Notes: generated from the sequence alone by a model not told the origin. A DNA stretch of 64,000 nt from Phycisphaeraceae bacterium (GCA_963674705.1 OY771506.1:1792001-1856000), one strand, 5' to 3'; positions 18,048-28,253 are shown, numbered from the stretch's first letter. Made by a program: numbers and translations.

Positions 18048-20450
18048 ATGCGGATGCCTCATCTGATACTGTTCGGATTGGTTTTGTTGTTGAGCGCGGG
18101 GATCGCGCGTGCGGCTGAGTCGGAAGCTGTTACGTTCAAGGGGCGGGTAGTCGACGTCGATGGTAAAGCGATCGGGGGCGCGGATGTTGTCGTGCTTGGT
18201 GCTGATATTGATTTGTTTGTTGGGCCGCAGACCAAGCTTATTGCGCAGACGAAGGCTGATGATGAAGGTGCGTTTAATGTGGCTTCTGAGTCGGTCGGTA
18301 ACTGCGAGCGGATTTTAGTCGCGGCACGACACGACGGGCTTGCGCTTGGTTCGTGGAACGGCGCGTTAAGTGAATTGCCCGAAGCGCTGACGTTGAAACT
18401 TGGCAGCGCGCAGACGATCGCTGGCACGGTCGTGGATGAATCGGAGCAGCCTGTCGCCGGGGCGACGATCAAGGCGATGCTGCGTTGGAACGATGGTGAT
18501 CACGTCAATTCGTTGATCGCACATGAAGCGATCCCCGAGCTGATTGTGAAGACGGATGATGCGGGGCGGTTTGAGTTTCAAGCGGTGCCTGAGGGGGCGG
18601 GCGCGATCATGGCTGTACAGGCCAAAGGTTATGCGACGCAGTTGAAGCCCGAGTCTACTTTGCAAGGCATACCCGCGGGGACGGCAGATACAAAGATCGT
18701 CATGCTAAAAGGCTCGACGATCAACGGCCGGGTAACAGCCAACGTTGAGGACGCGACGCTAAAAGGCCTTACAGTGGTTGGACAGTTCAACAGGTATCCT
18801 TACCTGACAGACGAACGTGCGGTGACGGATGCGGACGGCAAGTTCACGTTGACGGACCTGCCTGCCGGTGAAGTGAAGCTGATCGTTGTGCCCGGGAAGG
18901 TTGATCTGTCACAGGAACTAAGCGAAGCCGACCTGCCGTTTGCGTGTGTCGATGAGGTGAAGGTGGCCGGGCCTGGCAGCGAGCAGGATGTGACGCTGGC
19001 GCTTCAGCGCATGGCGATACTCGAAACGACCGTGATGAATCGTATGTCACAGGAGCCGGTTGCGGATGCGACGTTCCACTATGAGCATCGGCAGGACAAG
19101 CTGAAAAGCACGGTGCAGACGGATGAAAAAGGGAACGGTCGGGCGTTGGTGTTGCCCGGGCCTTACCTGGTTTATGCGGAGCATCCGGACTTTACGCGCA
19201 ACGGCGTTCGTCGGATCGTGACACTCGGTGAAGGTCAGACGATGCAGGTGCCGGTCGGCCTGGTGCAGGCGCAGATGTTGACCGGCACGGTGAAGGATGC
19301 GCAGGGCAACCCGATCAAGGACGCGAAGGTGGAGGCTATGCCTTCAAGTCAATATCCATCGGTCAAGACTGATGCGGATGGCAGGTTCAAGATGCAGTGG
19401 GAGCCCGCGAACTGGGGGCAGGACATCACATCACTACTGATCGTGCGTGATATGAAGAATGATCGGGCGATCGCGGTCCCGATCGACGATACGTTCAAAT
19501 CGTTCGACCTGACGCTACAAAAGGGTGCGTCGTTTACCGGGCGCGTTCTGACGGAAGAGGGCGAACCTTTAGAAAACGCGACTGTTTCAATTACCCTCTT
19601 CGGCGGTAATTGGGGCAGCAGTCTTTCCGGAGAGAACACGGTCCGTTCGGATGCGGACGGGCGATTCAAGGTTGTCGGCCTGCCGGCACAGGCTGGTTAT
19701 CACCTCTCGGCTACCGCGGATGGGTACGGCCAATTCACCTGGCGGTTCGACAACGTCGAGTCGACCGAGAATGTCCTGGATGATGCGAAGCTGCTCAAGG
19801 CCGATCAGACACTGACGGGCACGGTCGTGGATTCCAATGGCAAACCCGTCGCCAAGGCGCGCGTGCAGGTGTATGGAGACGACCAAGTCAACAAGAACGT
19901 TGAAGCCGATGACGAAGGTAAGTTCAAGATCGAAGGTTTGTGCAAGGGGTATGCGAACCTGTTCGTGCAGTCTCAGGGCGCGCCGCACATGTACGGCCAG
20001 TACTATGCGAAGGTGGATCAGAAAGAAGTGAAGATCGTGATTTCCGAGCAGGGGATGAACCAGGAGCCTGCGGCGGAAGTGATACCCGAATCGATTGAGG
20101 GACAGCAGGCGCCTGACTTGAGCACGTTGGGTCTTGAAACGGCGCCGGAAGGCAAGCCGGTGTTGGTGCTTTTTATAGATGCGAAGCAGAGATCCTCACG
20201 GCATGCGTTGTCTGATCTGCTCAAGAAGATGGGTGGCAGCAATAGCGCGCATGTCGTCGTTGTGCAGGTCGGTGAGGCGGATGATGCGTTGATCAAGGCG
20301 CAGAACATCAAGCTGCCGGTGGCGCGCGTGACGGAAGATGTGGAAGATGTATGTGTGAAGTGGGGCGTTCCGGCGGTGCCGTGGTACGTGCTGGCCGATC
20401 CGAAGGGGAACGTCGTGCACAGCGGCGCAACACTTTCAGCGGCGCAGTAA
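18048..20450 (+). CDS. Exported protein with tandem carboxypeptidase-regulatory-like beta-sandwich repeats and a C-terminal thioredoxin-like domain lacking CxxC
   Basis: Repeated GxVVDxxGxPVxxA...TDxxGRF units; C-terminal GKPVLVLFIDAKQRSSR...WGVPAVPWYVLADPKGNV. Confidence 0.82.
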   Translation: MRMPHLILFGLVLLLSAGIARAAESEAVTFKGRVVDVDGKAIGGADVVVLGADIDLFVGPQTKLIAQTKADDEGAFNVASESVGNCERILVAARHDGLALGSWNGALSELPEALTLKLGSAQTIAGTVVDESEQPVAGATIKAMLRWNDGDHVNSLIAHEAIPELIVKTDDAGRFEFQAVPEGAGAIMAVQAKGYATQLKPESTLQGIPAGTADTKIVMLKGSTINGRVTANVEDATLKGLTVVGQFNRYPYLTDERAVTDADGKFTLTDLPAGEVKLIVVPGKVDLSQELSEADLPFACVDEVKVAGPGSEQDVTLALQRMAILETTVMNRMSQEPVADATFHYEHRQDKLKSTVQTDEKGNGRALVLPGPYLVYAEHPDFTRNGVRRIVTLGEGQTMQVPVGLVQAQMLTGTVKDAQGNPIKDAKVEAMPSSQYPSVKTDADGRFKMQWEPANWGQDITSLLIVRDMKNDRAIAVPIDDTFKSFDLTLQKGASFTGRVLTEEGEPLENATVSITLFGGNWGSSLSGENTVRSDADGRFKVVGLPAQAGYHLSATADGYGQFTWRFDNVESTENVLDDAKLLKADQTLTGTVVDSNGKPVAKARVQVYGDDQVNKNVEADDEGKFKIEGLCKGYANLFVQSQGAPHMYGQYYAKVDQKEVKIVISEQGMNQEPAAEVIPESIEGQQAPDLSTLGLETAPEGKPVLVLFIDAKQRSSRHALSDLLKKMGGSNSAHVVVVQVGEADDALIKAQNIKLPVARVTEDVEDVCVKWGVPAVPWYVLADPKGNVVHSGATLSAAQ

Positions 20451-20788
20451 CCACGAAAAGGTAATAAGTGTTTTTAAGCAGCCCCATGCGGGAGCGTGGG
20501 GTTGTTTTTATTTAGCCACGAAAAGGCACAGAAGACACAAAAAGAGCTGGGTATTGGAATCTTTGGAAGCAGGGATATTCAGGCGGGTTTTCTGCGATAT
20601 AAAGATTATGAGATGGGGCTCGTTTTGTGTCTTCTGTGCTTTTTTGTGGCTGAAGTTCTGCTCTGCTTTTTGCCAGAAAAATGCACAAGAATCACAAAAG
20701 GGCGGGTGTTTGGAATCCGCGGAGCTTGGATTCATCAAGAGTACAAGTCTGTGTGTTCAACTTGGTATTGATTGAACTGTATGAAGAT

Positions 20789-20994
20789 CGCCCCATAGGG
20801 GCGTCGGGTTGTAGCCACGGGTCTAGCGAAGCGTAACCCGTGGAAGTTAGTGTTATACATTTTACGTCGCCCCGGAAGGGGTGAAGGCGGTGTTCCTGCC
20901 ATCCCTGTCGGGGCGGAGCGGATTTATCACTATCTCATATCCACGGGTTACGCTGCGCTGCACCCGTGGCTACATGCTGTAACCCCTTCGGGGT
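20789..20994. repeat. REPIN/MITE-like multi-hairpin palindromic element
   Basis: tgtagccacgggt...acccgtgg and ccacgggt...acccgtggctaca inverted arms with internal cgcccc..gggg hairpins; bracketed by ttagccacgaaaaggcaca-type repeats (~20511-20652, ~21063-21090). Confidence 0.7.
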
Positions 20995-21188
20995 ATGCCT
21001 TGCTCTGTATCTGGGATAGTCTCAGGTTTTCTGAGATACAAGTCTTAGATTGCCGGCTACATTTTGTGTTTTCTACACTATTTTGTGGCTGAACTCCTGT
21101 TTCAAAGACTGACTTTTATGGCATACTCAGTACTGTATCCGTAGATACCGATAGGGTATGATGGTCAGACTTTCTGTGGAGGTTCGTC

Positions 21189-22604
21189 GTGACATCAGCG
21201 ATACATCGTGATCTGCTTCGACAGTTGCCTTCGGTTAATGATCTGCTGGCTGATGCGCGGACGGTCGCGTGGCTGGCGGAGCATCCAAGGGAGCTGGTGA
21301 CGGACTGCCTGCGTACGGCGGTGGATACGCTGCGCGAGCAGATCCTTTCCGACCAGGCTGGGCGGTGCGGGGTTCAGCATGTCAATATGGAATCGGTGCT
21401 CGACCGTGCGGAGGCCGAAGTCGCGAAGCGCACTTCGCCGAACATGCACGCGGCGATCAACGCGACGGGGATCATCCTGCATACGGGGTTAGGCAGAGCG
21501 GTGTTGCCAGCCCGCGCGGTCGAAGCGATCGGGCAGGAGTTGAAAGGTTACGTCACGCTTGCGGTCGACCGCGAGACGGGCGAGCGGATCAACCGCGACC
21601 AGATGGTCGAATCACTGCTATGCGAACTGACCGGCGCGGAGGCGGCGACGGTCGTGAACAACAACGCGGCGGGGACGATGCTCGTGCTTGCGGCGCTTGG
21701 CGCGGGGCGTGAAGTGATCGTTTCGCGTGGTGAGCTTATTGAGATCGGCGGCGCGTTCCGCCTGCCTGACGTGATGGCGCAGAGCCAGTCGAAGATGGTG
21801 GAGGTCGGCACGACAAACCGCACGCACCTGCGCGATTACGAAAACGCGATGACGGAAGACACGTCGCTTTTGTTTAGAGCGCATCCGAGTAATTACCGGA
21901 TCGTCGGATTTACGAGCGCGGTACCGATCGAATCGCTGGCGGAGCTGGCGCATGGGCGCGGGCTTGCGGTGGTGGATGATCTTGGCGCGGGGGCGTTGGT
22001 GGGGTTGGAGAAGTTTGGATTGCCGCACGAGCCGACGATGCGTGAATCGATCGAAGCCGGTGCGGATATCGTGCTGGCGAGTACGGATAAACTGATCGGT
22101 GCGGGGCAGGGGGGCGTGATCGTCGGCAAGAAAGAACTGATAAAGAAGATTAGAAAACATCCTCTAGCGCGTGCGATGCGTGTAGATAAGACCTGTTTGA
22201 TGGCGCTTGAGCGTACGCTGCCGCTATTCAGGGATATCAAGCTATTGAAGCGCGAGCATCCGACGTACATGATGCTGTCGTCGCCGATGGAAACATTGAC
22301 CGAGCGTGCGGAAGCGCTGGCGGCCGCGATCCGAAAGGTGTTGGCGACTGCTGAGGTCGAGGTTTGCGAGGATGTGGGATATCTGGGGTCGGGTTCGCTG
22401 CCGAGCGAGGCGCTACCTTCGATGGCGGTGCGTTTGCGCGTGGCTTCGATGAAGGTTGCGCATCTAGCCAAGGCGCTTCGGCTTGATGATGCGTGTGTGT
22501 TTACGCGTGTGACGGATCAGACAGTGGTGATGGATACACGCACGATCACGGATGAACAGGTGGAATTGATCGCCGCCGCGGTGAAGCGGTGCGTGGGATC
22601 GTGA
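21189..22604 (+). CDS. selA: L-seryl-tRNA(Sec) selenium transferase
   Basis: INATGIILHTGLGRA, VVNNNA, VSRGELIEIGG, EVGTTNRTH, HPSNY, DLGAG, STDKLIG. Confidence 0.97.
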   Translation: MTSAIHRDLLRQLPSVNDLLADARTVAWLAEHPRELVTDCLRTAVDTLREQILSDQAGRCGVQHVNMESVLDRAEAEVAKRTSPNMHAAINATGIILHTGLGRAVLPARAVEAIGQELKGYVTLAVDRETGERINRDQMVESLLCELTGAEAATVVNNNAAGTMLVLAALGAGREVIVSRGELIEIGGAFRLPDVMAQSQSKMVEVGTTNRTHLRDYENAMTEDTSLLFRAHPSNYRIVGFTSAVPIESLAELAHGRGLAVVDDLGAGALVGLEKFGLPHEPTMRESIEAGADIVLASTDKLIGAGQGGVIVGKKELIKKIRKHPLARAMRVDKTCLMALERTLPLFRDIKLLKREHPTYMMLSSPMETLTERAEALAAAIRKVLATAEVEVCEDVGYLGSGSLPSEALPSMAVRLRVASMKVAHLAKALRLDDACVFTRVTDQTVVMDTRTITDEQVELIAAAVKRCVGS

Positions 22605-22634
22605 AGTGTTATACAAGTTTAATCCTCCGGATAT

Positions 22635-22714
22635 GGGTGCCACACTTTGACCGCGCAGCGGCAAAGTGTGTGGTACGAAGCGCACTTTGCCCTTCGAGAT
22701 AAAGTGTGGCACCC
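22635..22714. repeat. 80-bp double-hairpin palindromic element (intergenic copy between selA and selB)
   Basis: gggtgccacactttgaccgcgcagcggcaaagtgtg...aaagtgtggcaccc. Confidence 0.9.
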
Positions 22715-22763
22715 GAAGGTGTACAAAACAGTTTGATGTATTAGTAACTTCCGGGGTGCGATT

Positions 22764-24707
22764 ATGCCTGATAAACATAAGAACATCATGCTTGGTACGG
22801 CCGGTCACGTCGATCACGGCAAGACGTCGCTGGTGAAGCTGCTGACCGGTTGTGATACGGATCGATTAGCTGAAGAAAAACGGCGCGGCTTGACGATCGA
22901 GCTCGGCTTTGCGCCATGCAAGATGACGGACGATCGGATCGTCGGCATCGTGGATGTGCCGGGGCATGTTTCTTTTATCCGGCACATGGTCGCGGGGGCG
23001 CATGGGGTTGATGTGATCATTCTTGTGGTTGCTGCGGACGACGGTGTGATGCCTCAGACGCGCGAGCATCTGGATGTGATGACGTTGATGGGGGCGCGTC
23101 GTGGGTTGGTTGCGCTGACGAAGATCGATCTTGTTGATGAAGAAATGCGCGAGCTTGCGATAGAGGATGTACGCGGCGCGTTGGCGGAGACGTTTTTAGC
23201 TGATGCGCCGATCTGCCCGGTATCGAACGTGACGGGCGAAGGGTTTGAAGGATTTTTCAAGGCACTGGATGAGCAGGTCGCGGCGTGCGAGCCGCGCGTT
23301 TCGTTTGGGCCTTACCGGCAGTGGGTGGAGCGGTCGTTTATCGCGCATGGTTTTGGCGTGGTCGCGTCGGGGATACCGACGACGGGGGAATTGAAGGTTG
23401 GGGAGTATGTGCGTGTTTTGCCGGGCGATCTGAAGCTTCGCGTACGGGGGCTGCAGGTGTATGGCGATGATGCGCAGGTCGCGCGGTTGGGCGAATGCGC
23501 TGCGGTGAACCTGGCGGATGTGGACCTGGAACGTTTGCCGCGCGGCGTGGTGTTGACGACCTCGACGACGCTTGGCACGGTATCGCAGTGCGCGGCACGT
23601 TTGCGGACGCTTGGGCGCTCGAAGCGAGCGCTTCGTGACGGGACAGAGGTGCATCTGCATGTAGGGACGGAGTATGTGCAAGCGAAAGTGATTGCGCTGG
23701 AAGGGGGTCCGATCGAACCGAGCGATGAAGCGCTGGTGCAGTTGCGATTTGAACGGGAGTTACCGGTTTCGCCGGGCGATCGGTTTGTTGTAAGGACGCA
23801 TGTTGAAGAAGCCGGCGGCTTGACGACGATCGGCGGGGGCGTGGTGCTGGACACGACGGATAAACGTATGCGGCGGAAGCGCGTGGAGGTATTGGAGCCT
23901 TTAAAGAAGCGTGAGGCGGCGCTGGGTGATCCGGCGGCATGGTGTTTGGCGCTGCTTGAGGAGGTGGAAGAGTCGATGACGGTGGAAGCGCTAGTGGAGC
24001 GCGCGGTGTTGCTTGAATGCGAGGTTGAGCCGGCGCTTGATGCATTGAAGCAGCGAGAGGATGTGGTGGCGCTGGATGATCGGCGCGTGTTGGCGAAGCG
24101 CGTGATCGAACGCGCGGGCGAGAAGATTGTTGAGCGGTTGCGTGAAGAGCATGCGGCGAATCCTGATAAGTTCGGCTTGACGACAGCGATATTGGTTAAC
24201 GCGCTTGAAATGGATGGGGATGTTGCTGCGAATGCGGTGGCGGGGTTGTGCGATAGCGGCACCATGACGCGGCAGGGGGAGTTGCTTGCGCTGGCGGAGC
24301 ATCGGCCTGCGATCAGCGCGGCGGATCAGAAGTTGCTTGATGCGATAGTTGATCTATATAAGAAGGATCACTTCGCGGCGAAGCGGCCGAGCGAGGCGGC
24401 GGAGGCGCTGGGCGAGCCGATGAAGCGCGTGCAGCCGATGGTGAAGATGCTGATCGAGCGTGGGGATCTGGTGAAGCTGACAGACCAGATCGTGATGCAT
24501 CGTGACGCGGTCACGGCGGCGGTGGGCGTGGTGCGGGATTTGTTTGAGAAGTCAGAGCGCTTTTCTACGGCCGAATTCCGCGATGCGCTGGGCGCAAGCC
24601 GTAAGTATGTAATCCCCTTGCTTGACTATTTTGACCACGAACGTCTGACGATCCGCCACGGCAGCGAGCGAAAGCCCGGGGCAAAGTTGCGGGAAGAGGT
24701 CGGCTGA
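22764..24707 (+). CDS. selB: Selenocysteine-specific translation elongation factor
   Basis: GTAGHVDHGKT, EEKRRGLTIELGFA, DVPGH, TKID; C-terminal winged helix FRDALGASRKYVIPLLDYFD. Confidence 0.97.
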   Translation: MPDKHKNIMLGTAGHVDHGKTSLVKLLTGCDTDRLAEEKRRGLTIELGFAPCKMTDDRIVGIVDVPGHVSFIRHMVAGAHGVDVIILVVAADDGVMPQTREHLDVMTLMGARRGLVALTKIDLVDEEMRELAIEDVRGALAETFLADAPICPVSNVTGEGFEGFFKALDEQVAACEPRVSFGPYRQWVERSFIAHGFGVVASGIPTTGELKVGEYVRVLPGDLKLRVRGLQVYGDDAQVARLGECAAVNLADVDLERLPRGVVLTTSTTLGTVSQCAARLRTLGRSKRALRDGTEVHLHVGTEYVQAKVIALEGGPIEPSDEALVQLRFERELPVSPGDRFVVRTHVEEAGGLTTIGGGVVLDTTDKRMRRKRVEVLEPLKKREAALGDPAAWCLALLEEVEESMTVEALVERAVLLECEVEPALDALKQREDVVALDDRRVLAKRVIERAGEKIVERLREEHAANPDKFGLTTAILVNALEMDGDVAANAVAGLCDSGTMTRQGELLALAEHRPAISAADQKLLDAIVDLYKKDHFAAKRPSEAAEALGEPMKRVQPMVKMLIERGDLVKLTDQIVMHRDAVTAAVGVVRDLFEKSERFSTAEFRDALGASRKYVIPLLDYFDHERLTIRHGSERKPGAKLREEVG

Positions 24708-24750
24708 AAAGACATGAGATTTTATTGTATTATGTGGGTAAGCAACTACA

Positions 24751-26073
24751 ATGGTGGACAGTTGCCGCGGCGGTTTTGCCGTGATTCCGAAAGGGTTTTT
24801 TGTGATTGTATTACGCCGATTAGCCGCTGCGATGTTGCTGGCCGGCGGTGTAATTGTGTGTGCGGATGTGCAGGCGGAAATCAGTTTCCGTGCTGCTGAC
24901 CCGAGGGCGACGTTATGCCACGCGCCGCGTGTGGTGGATACGTTCACAGCATCATCGGCGGGGAGGCTGAGCAGTTCGGCGGTGGTGGGGACATTGAATA
25001 CACATTACGGGCCTATCCATGTCGCGATCGATCCGCGCGGCACGAGTGAGCCTTACAACGTGACGTTTGATTTCACCGGCACGGGCAGGTTTGAAGACCC
25101 GACCGAGGTGCGCGTCATCGCACGCAAGCATGGCGACTACTTCTGGGGTGAGTTGACGCCGACGGTCGTGGAACTTTCACGTGGCGGGCATAAGATCAGC
25201 GTCGGCATCATGGGGATGGTGTATCGCTCAAGCGACAGCCAATCGGTCGATGTGATGTTCGGCGCCATGATGGAAACGTCGTGTGCGTTCGGCTCGCAGA
25301 CGCTTGATGTCGACATTATGGACGGCGATCAGAACTTCTACTTTGGTGATAAGTCAGCAAAGCGCGGGTTCAAGGTCGAGGTCGGCGACACACTGGTTGT
25401 GCATAAGGACAATCAACGGTACATGGTTTTGGTCGGCCAGCCGGTGCAGATCGATGGTGCGTGGTACGACATCGTCGTGCATGAAGATTATTCACTTGAA
25501 GCGAAGCCTGTGAATATCACGGTGGGCAAGTTACAGATCGATAAGGGCGACTGGTCCGCGATCTTTGTCGGCAGGCGGTATGTCTGCGGCGCAAAGGGTG
25601 GGACGGAGGCGGTCACGCTGCCGGCTGATTCTTACACCATCGTGCGCTACGATGAACGCAGCGGCACCGCGATGGTGTCGTGTCAGAGTGATAACGGCCC
25701 GAGCGCGTCGGTGCAGGCTGGACAGACGGCGCAGGTGAGTATCGGCACGCCGATCGCGGGCATCCCGGTCATGTTCCAGCAGGGCGATACCGTCAGCATC
25801 CGCGCGAAGATGATCGATTCAAGCGGGATGAACGTGACGGAACTTCGGCTTGAAAGTGGATTGCGTCCGGAGCCGCCTGTCGTGGCGGTGTTTGATAGTA
25901 GCGGTCACGTGCTGCATCAGGCCGCACTGGAATATGGGTGAGGTGGCATATGTTCGCACTCATGGCGGGTGCCATCCAATGCAGGCCGGGGCGGATCGCT
26001 GACAGCGGTCATGAAGTACGAGGCGAAGCCGTTCACGGTCAAGCTCGGACGGACGGACTTCAACGTGCGCTGA
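24751..26073 (+). CDS. Exported protein, candidate selenoprotein B (Sec at TGA 25939-25941), paralog of A
   Basis: Signal-like N-terminus (start possibly GTG ~24802); AALEYG-TGA-GGICSHSWRVPS... open to TGA 26071-26073; located between selB and selD. Confidence 0.82.
25956..25972 (+). promoter_or_regulatory. Candidate SECIS hairpin B
   Basis: gcactc-atggc-gggtgc at +15 to +31 after the TGA; same loop as hairpin A, with stem-preserving substitutions. Confidence 0.7.
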
Positions 26074-26167
26074 ATTATTTTGTGATTCACACGCGCGGCA
26101 GCGCGCAGGCGCAGGCACAATCGCAATCCTGTTTACTTTTCCTTTCCTCTTTCCCCCTTAAAACAAC

Positions 26168-27748
26168 ATGAAAATTGACTACACCAAGCGACGCCAGGTG
26201 ATGGCCCGATCGCGCAAGCTCGGGCATTGTATTTGTGATCCACGCAGGCCTTGCCCGTGCGATGTGTTTACCGAGCAGGGCATCTGCCCCTGTGCCGGGG
26301 AAAGGCCGGACCCGATCCCCGCCGATCAGGTGAAGCTGACGGACCTGGTGCGCAACGCAGGTTGTGCATCGAAGATTGCGCCGGGCGATCTGGATACGGT
26401 GTTGTCGCGCTTGCCGGAGATCACGGACCCGCGCGTGTTGTGCGGCGTCGCGGCGGGGGACGATGCGGGTGTGTATCAACTCGATGGCGAGTGCCTGGTG
26501 CAGACGGTTGATGTGATGACGCCTTGCGTAGACGATGCGCGGATGTTCGGGCGGATATGCGCCGCCAATTGCGTGTCGGATATTTATGCGATGGGCGGGA
26601 CACCACGTTCCGCGCTGAGCGTTCTTGCTTTCCCGACAGAAACGCTTTCCGGGCAGATCATGTACGAGATGATGAGCGGCGCGATGGAAGTGCTGGCAGA
26701 AGCAGGTGTCGCGCTGATCGGCGGGCACAGTATCAAGGACGAGCAGATCATGCTCGGCTTTGCGATCACCGGCACGATCGACCCGAAGCGCGTCACACAG
26801 CGCGGCACCGCGCGCGTCGGCGATGTCCTGGTACTGACCAAACCGCTAGGCACGGGCGTATTGAACTTTGCACGCCAGATCGGTAGAGCGCCGCAGGAAG
26901 GTTTAGCACAAGCGGAAACCTCAATGGCGACGCTTAACCGTGCGGCCGCGGAAGCCATGGTGCAATGCGATGCCTCTGCATGCACGGACGTCACCGGTTT
27001 TGGTTTGTTCGGCCACCTCGCGGGCATGGTCCGTCACTCCAAAGTCACCGCCGAGATCGACCTGGATACGCTTCCTTCTTTCGATGGCGCACTCGATCTG
27101 TTGGCAAGCGGCATGATCCCCGGCGCGGTCGAGCGTAATAAAGAATACGTCGGCGATGATATTATTTTTGCCGAAGATGTGGATGAACCACGCCTGCACC
27201 TCGGATTCGATGCGCAGACGTCGGGTGGTTTGCTGATCGCGGTCGAGCCGAAGCACGTGGATGAATTGCTAAAAATGCTATCCGCTGATGGCGTGACGGG
27301 ATACGCTGTCGGGCGAATCACCGAAAAGTCGGACGGCCGGATTGTGGCTCAATCCATGGGGGCGACGGTCACAACGCCGGCGGCAAACGAAGCCGAAGAA
27401 GTTGTCGCTTCGCACGCTGCCGTGCAAACACACGAAGCTGTGCCCGTCGGCATCGGTGAATCCCGCCGCGCGTTCGGCGCATTGATGCGCTCGACATCGC
27501 AGGCCGGCACGATCGATGAGAAGACCAAGACACTGATCAACATCTCCCTCGTGACATTGCAGCGCTGCGGCCCCTGTTTGAAGTCACACCTCGGCAAGGC
27601 ACAAAAACTGGGCATCGATGAGAACCGCATCGATGAAGCCATCTGGTGCGCGATAGCGATGGGCGGCGCGTGCGTGAAGGTGTTTTATGATGAGTTTAAG
27701 CAGAATGAATCCGGCGGGGGTGATGGTGGAGTGTATTCGTGTTGTTGA
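26168..27748 (+). CDS. selD: Selenide, water dikinase (Cys-type) fused to an N-terminal Cys-rich domain and a C-terminal AhpD/CMD-like domain
   Basis: KLTDLVRNAGCASKI, DDAGVY, VQTVD, GGHSI, LTKPLGTG, TDVTGFGL, DAQTSGGLL; extra CICDPRRPCPC..CPC and QRCGPCLKSH. Confidence 0.95.
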   Translation: MKIDYTKRRQVMARSRKLGHCICDPRRPCPCDVFTEQGICPCAGERPDPIPADQVKLTDLVRNAGCASKIAPGDLDTVLSRLPEITDPRVLCGVAAGDDAGVYQLDGECLVQTVDVMTPCVDDARMFGRICAANCVSDIYAMGGTPRSALSVLAFPTETLSGQIMYEMMSGAMEVLAEAGVALIGGHSIKDEQIMLGFAITGTIDPKRVTQRGTARVGDVLVLTKPLGTGVLNFARQIGRAPQEGLAQAETSMATLNRAAAEAMVQCDASACTDVTGFGLFGHLAGMVRHSKVTAEIDLDTLPSFDGALDLLASGMIPGAVERNKEYVGDDIIFAEDVDEPRLHLGFDAQTSGGLLIAVEPKHVDELLKMLSADGVTGYAVGRITEKSDGRIVAQSMGATVTTPAANEAEEVVASHAAVQTHEAVPVGIGESRRAFGALMRSTSQAGTIDEKTKTLINISLVTLQRCGPCLKSHLGKAQKLGIDENRIDEAIWCAIAMGGACVKVFYDEFKQNESGGGDGGVYSCC

Positions 27749-27911
27749 ATGGGTGAAAAGAATTAGCCACGAAAAGACACAGAATACACAAAAAGGGCTG
27801 GGATTTGTGTCTTTGATAGCCGCATTGCGATGCTATGCGGCGGTAACAGAAGTTGTTGAGCATTTGGGATAACGTCGCGGCGATCTGCGAACGTACGCTA
27901 CTCGGGAGGGT

Positions 27912-28116
27912 ATAGCCGCGACCAGTGGTCGCGCAGGTATTGTGTTTGTTGAATGTGAAGAGCGCGACCGATGGTCGCGGCTATACAGGCGGTTGGAAAT
28001 GGCGAATGCACGAATGTCGAATGACGGATTACAAATGACGAGTGTGTGAGTAGGTCATTTGGCATTTGTCATTTGAGCATTCTTTCGTTATTCGACATTC
28101 TTTAATCGTGCATTTC
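27912..28116. repeat. REP-like palindrome pair plus a degenerate 7-mer (CGAATGA-like) inverted array
   Basis: tagccgcgaccagtggtcgcgc / gcgcgaccgatggtcgcggcta; then cgaatgcacgaatgtcgaatgac... facing ...tcatttggcatttgtcatt...ttcgacattc; related REP copies at ~4878 and ~6674. Confidence 0.65.
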
Positions 28117-28127
28117 AAGCACTCAGG

Positions 28128-28160
28128 CCCTCACCCCGGCCCTCTCCCGAGGGGAGAGGG
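28128..28160. repeat. CCCTCACCCCGGCCCTCTCCC..GGGAGAGGG hairpin repeat family
   Basis: Other copies at ~9841, ~9924 (interrupted by the IS), ~29873, ~31247, ~37760 and ~37846. Confidence 0.8.
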
Positions 28161-28253
28161 GGTAGATGCATATAACATTGTGTGAACAGCCCCACGCGGG
28201 AGCGTGGTGTTAATTACCCGACCAGGATGGTCGGGCTATATCTAATGCAGTTG

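Noticed and set aside
27740..27766. selD ends YSCC-TGA, a possible CCU readthrough
   Set aside because: Only MGEKN-TAG follows, running into a repeat element, and there is no hairpin at a SECIS-like distance; treated as a true stop.
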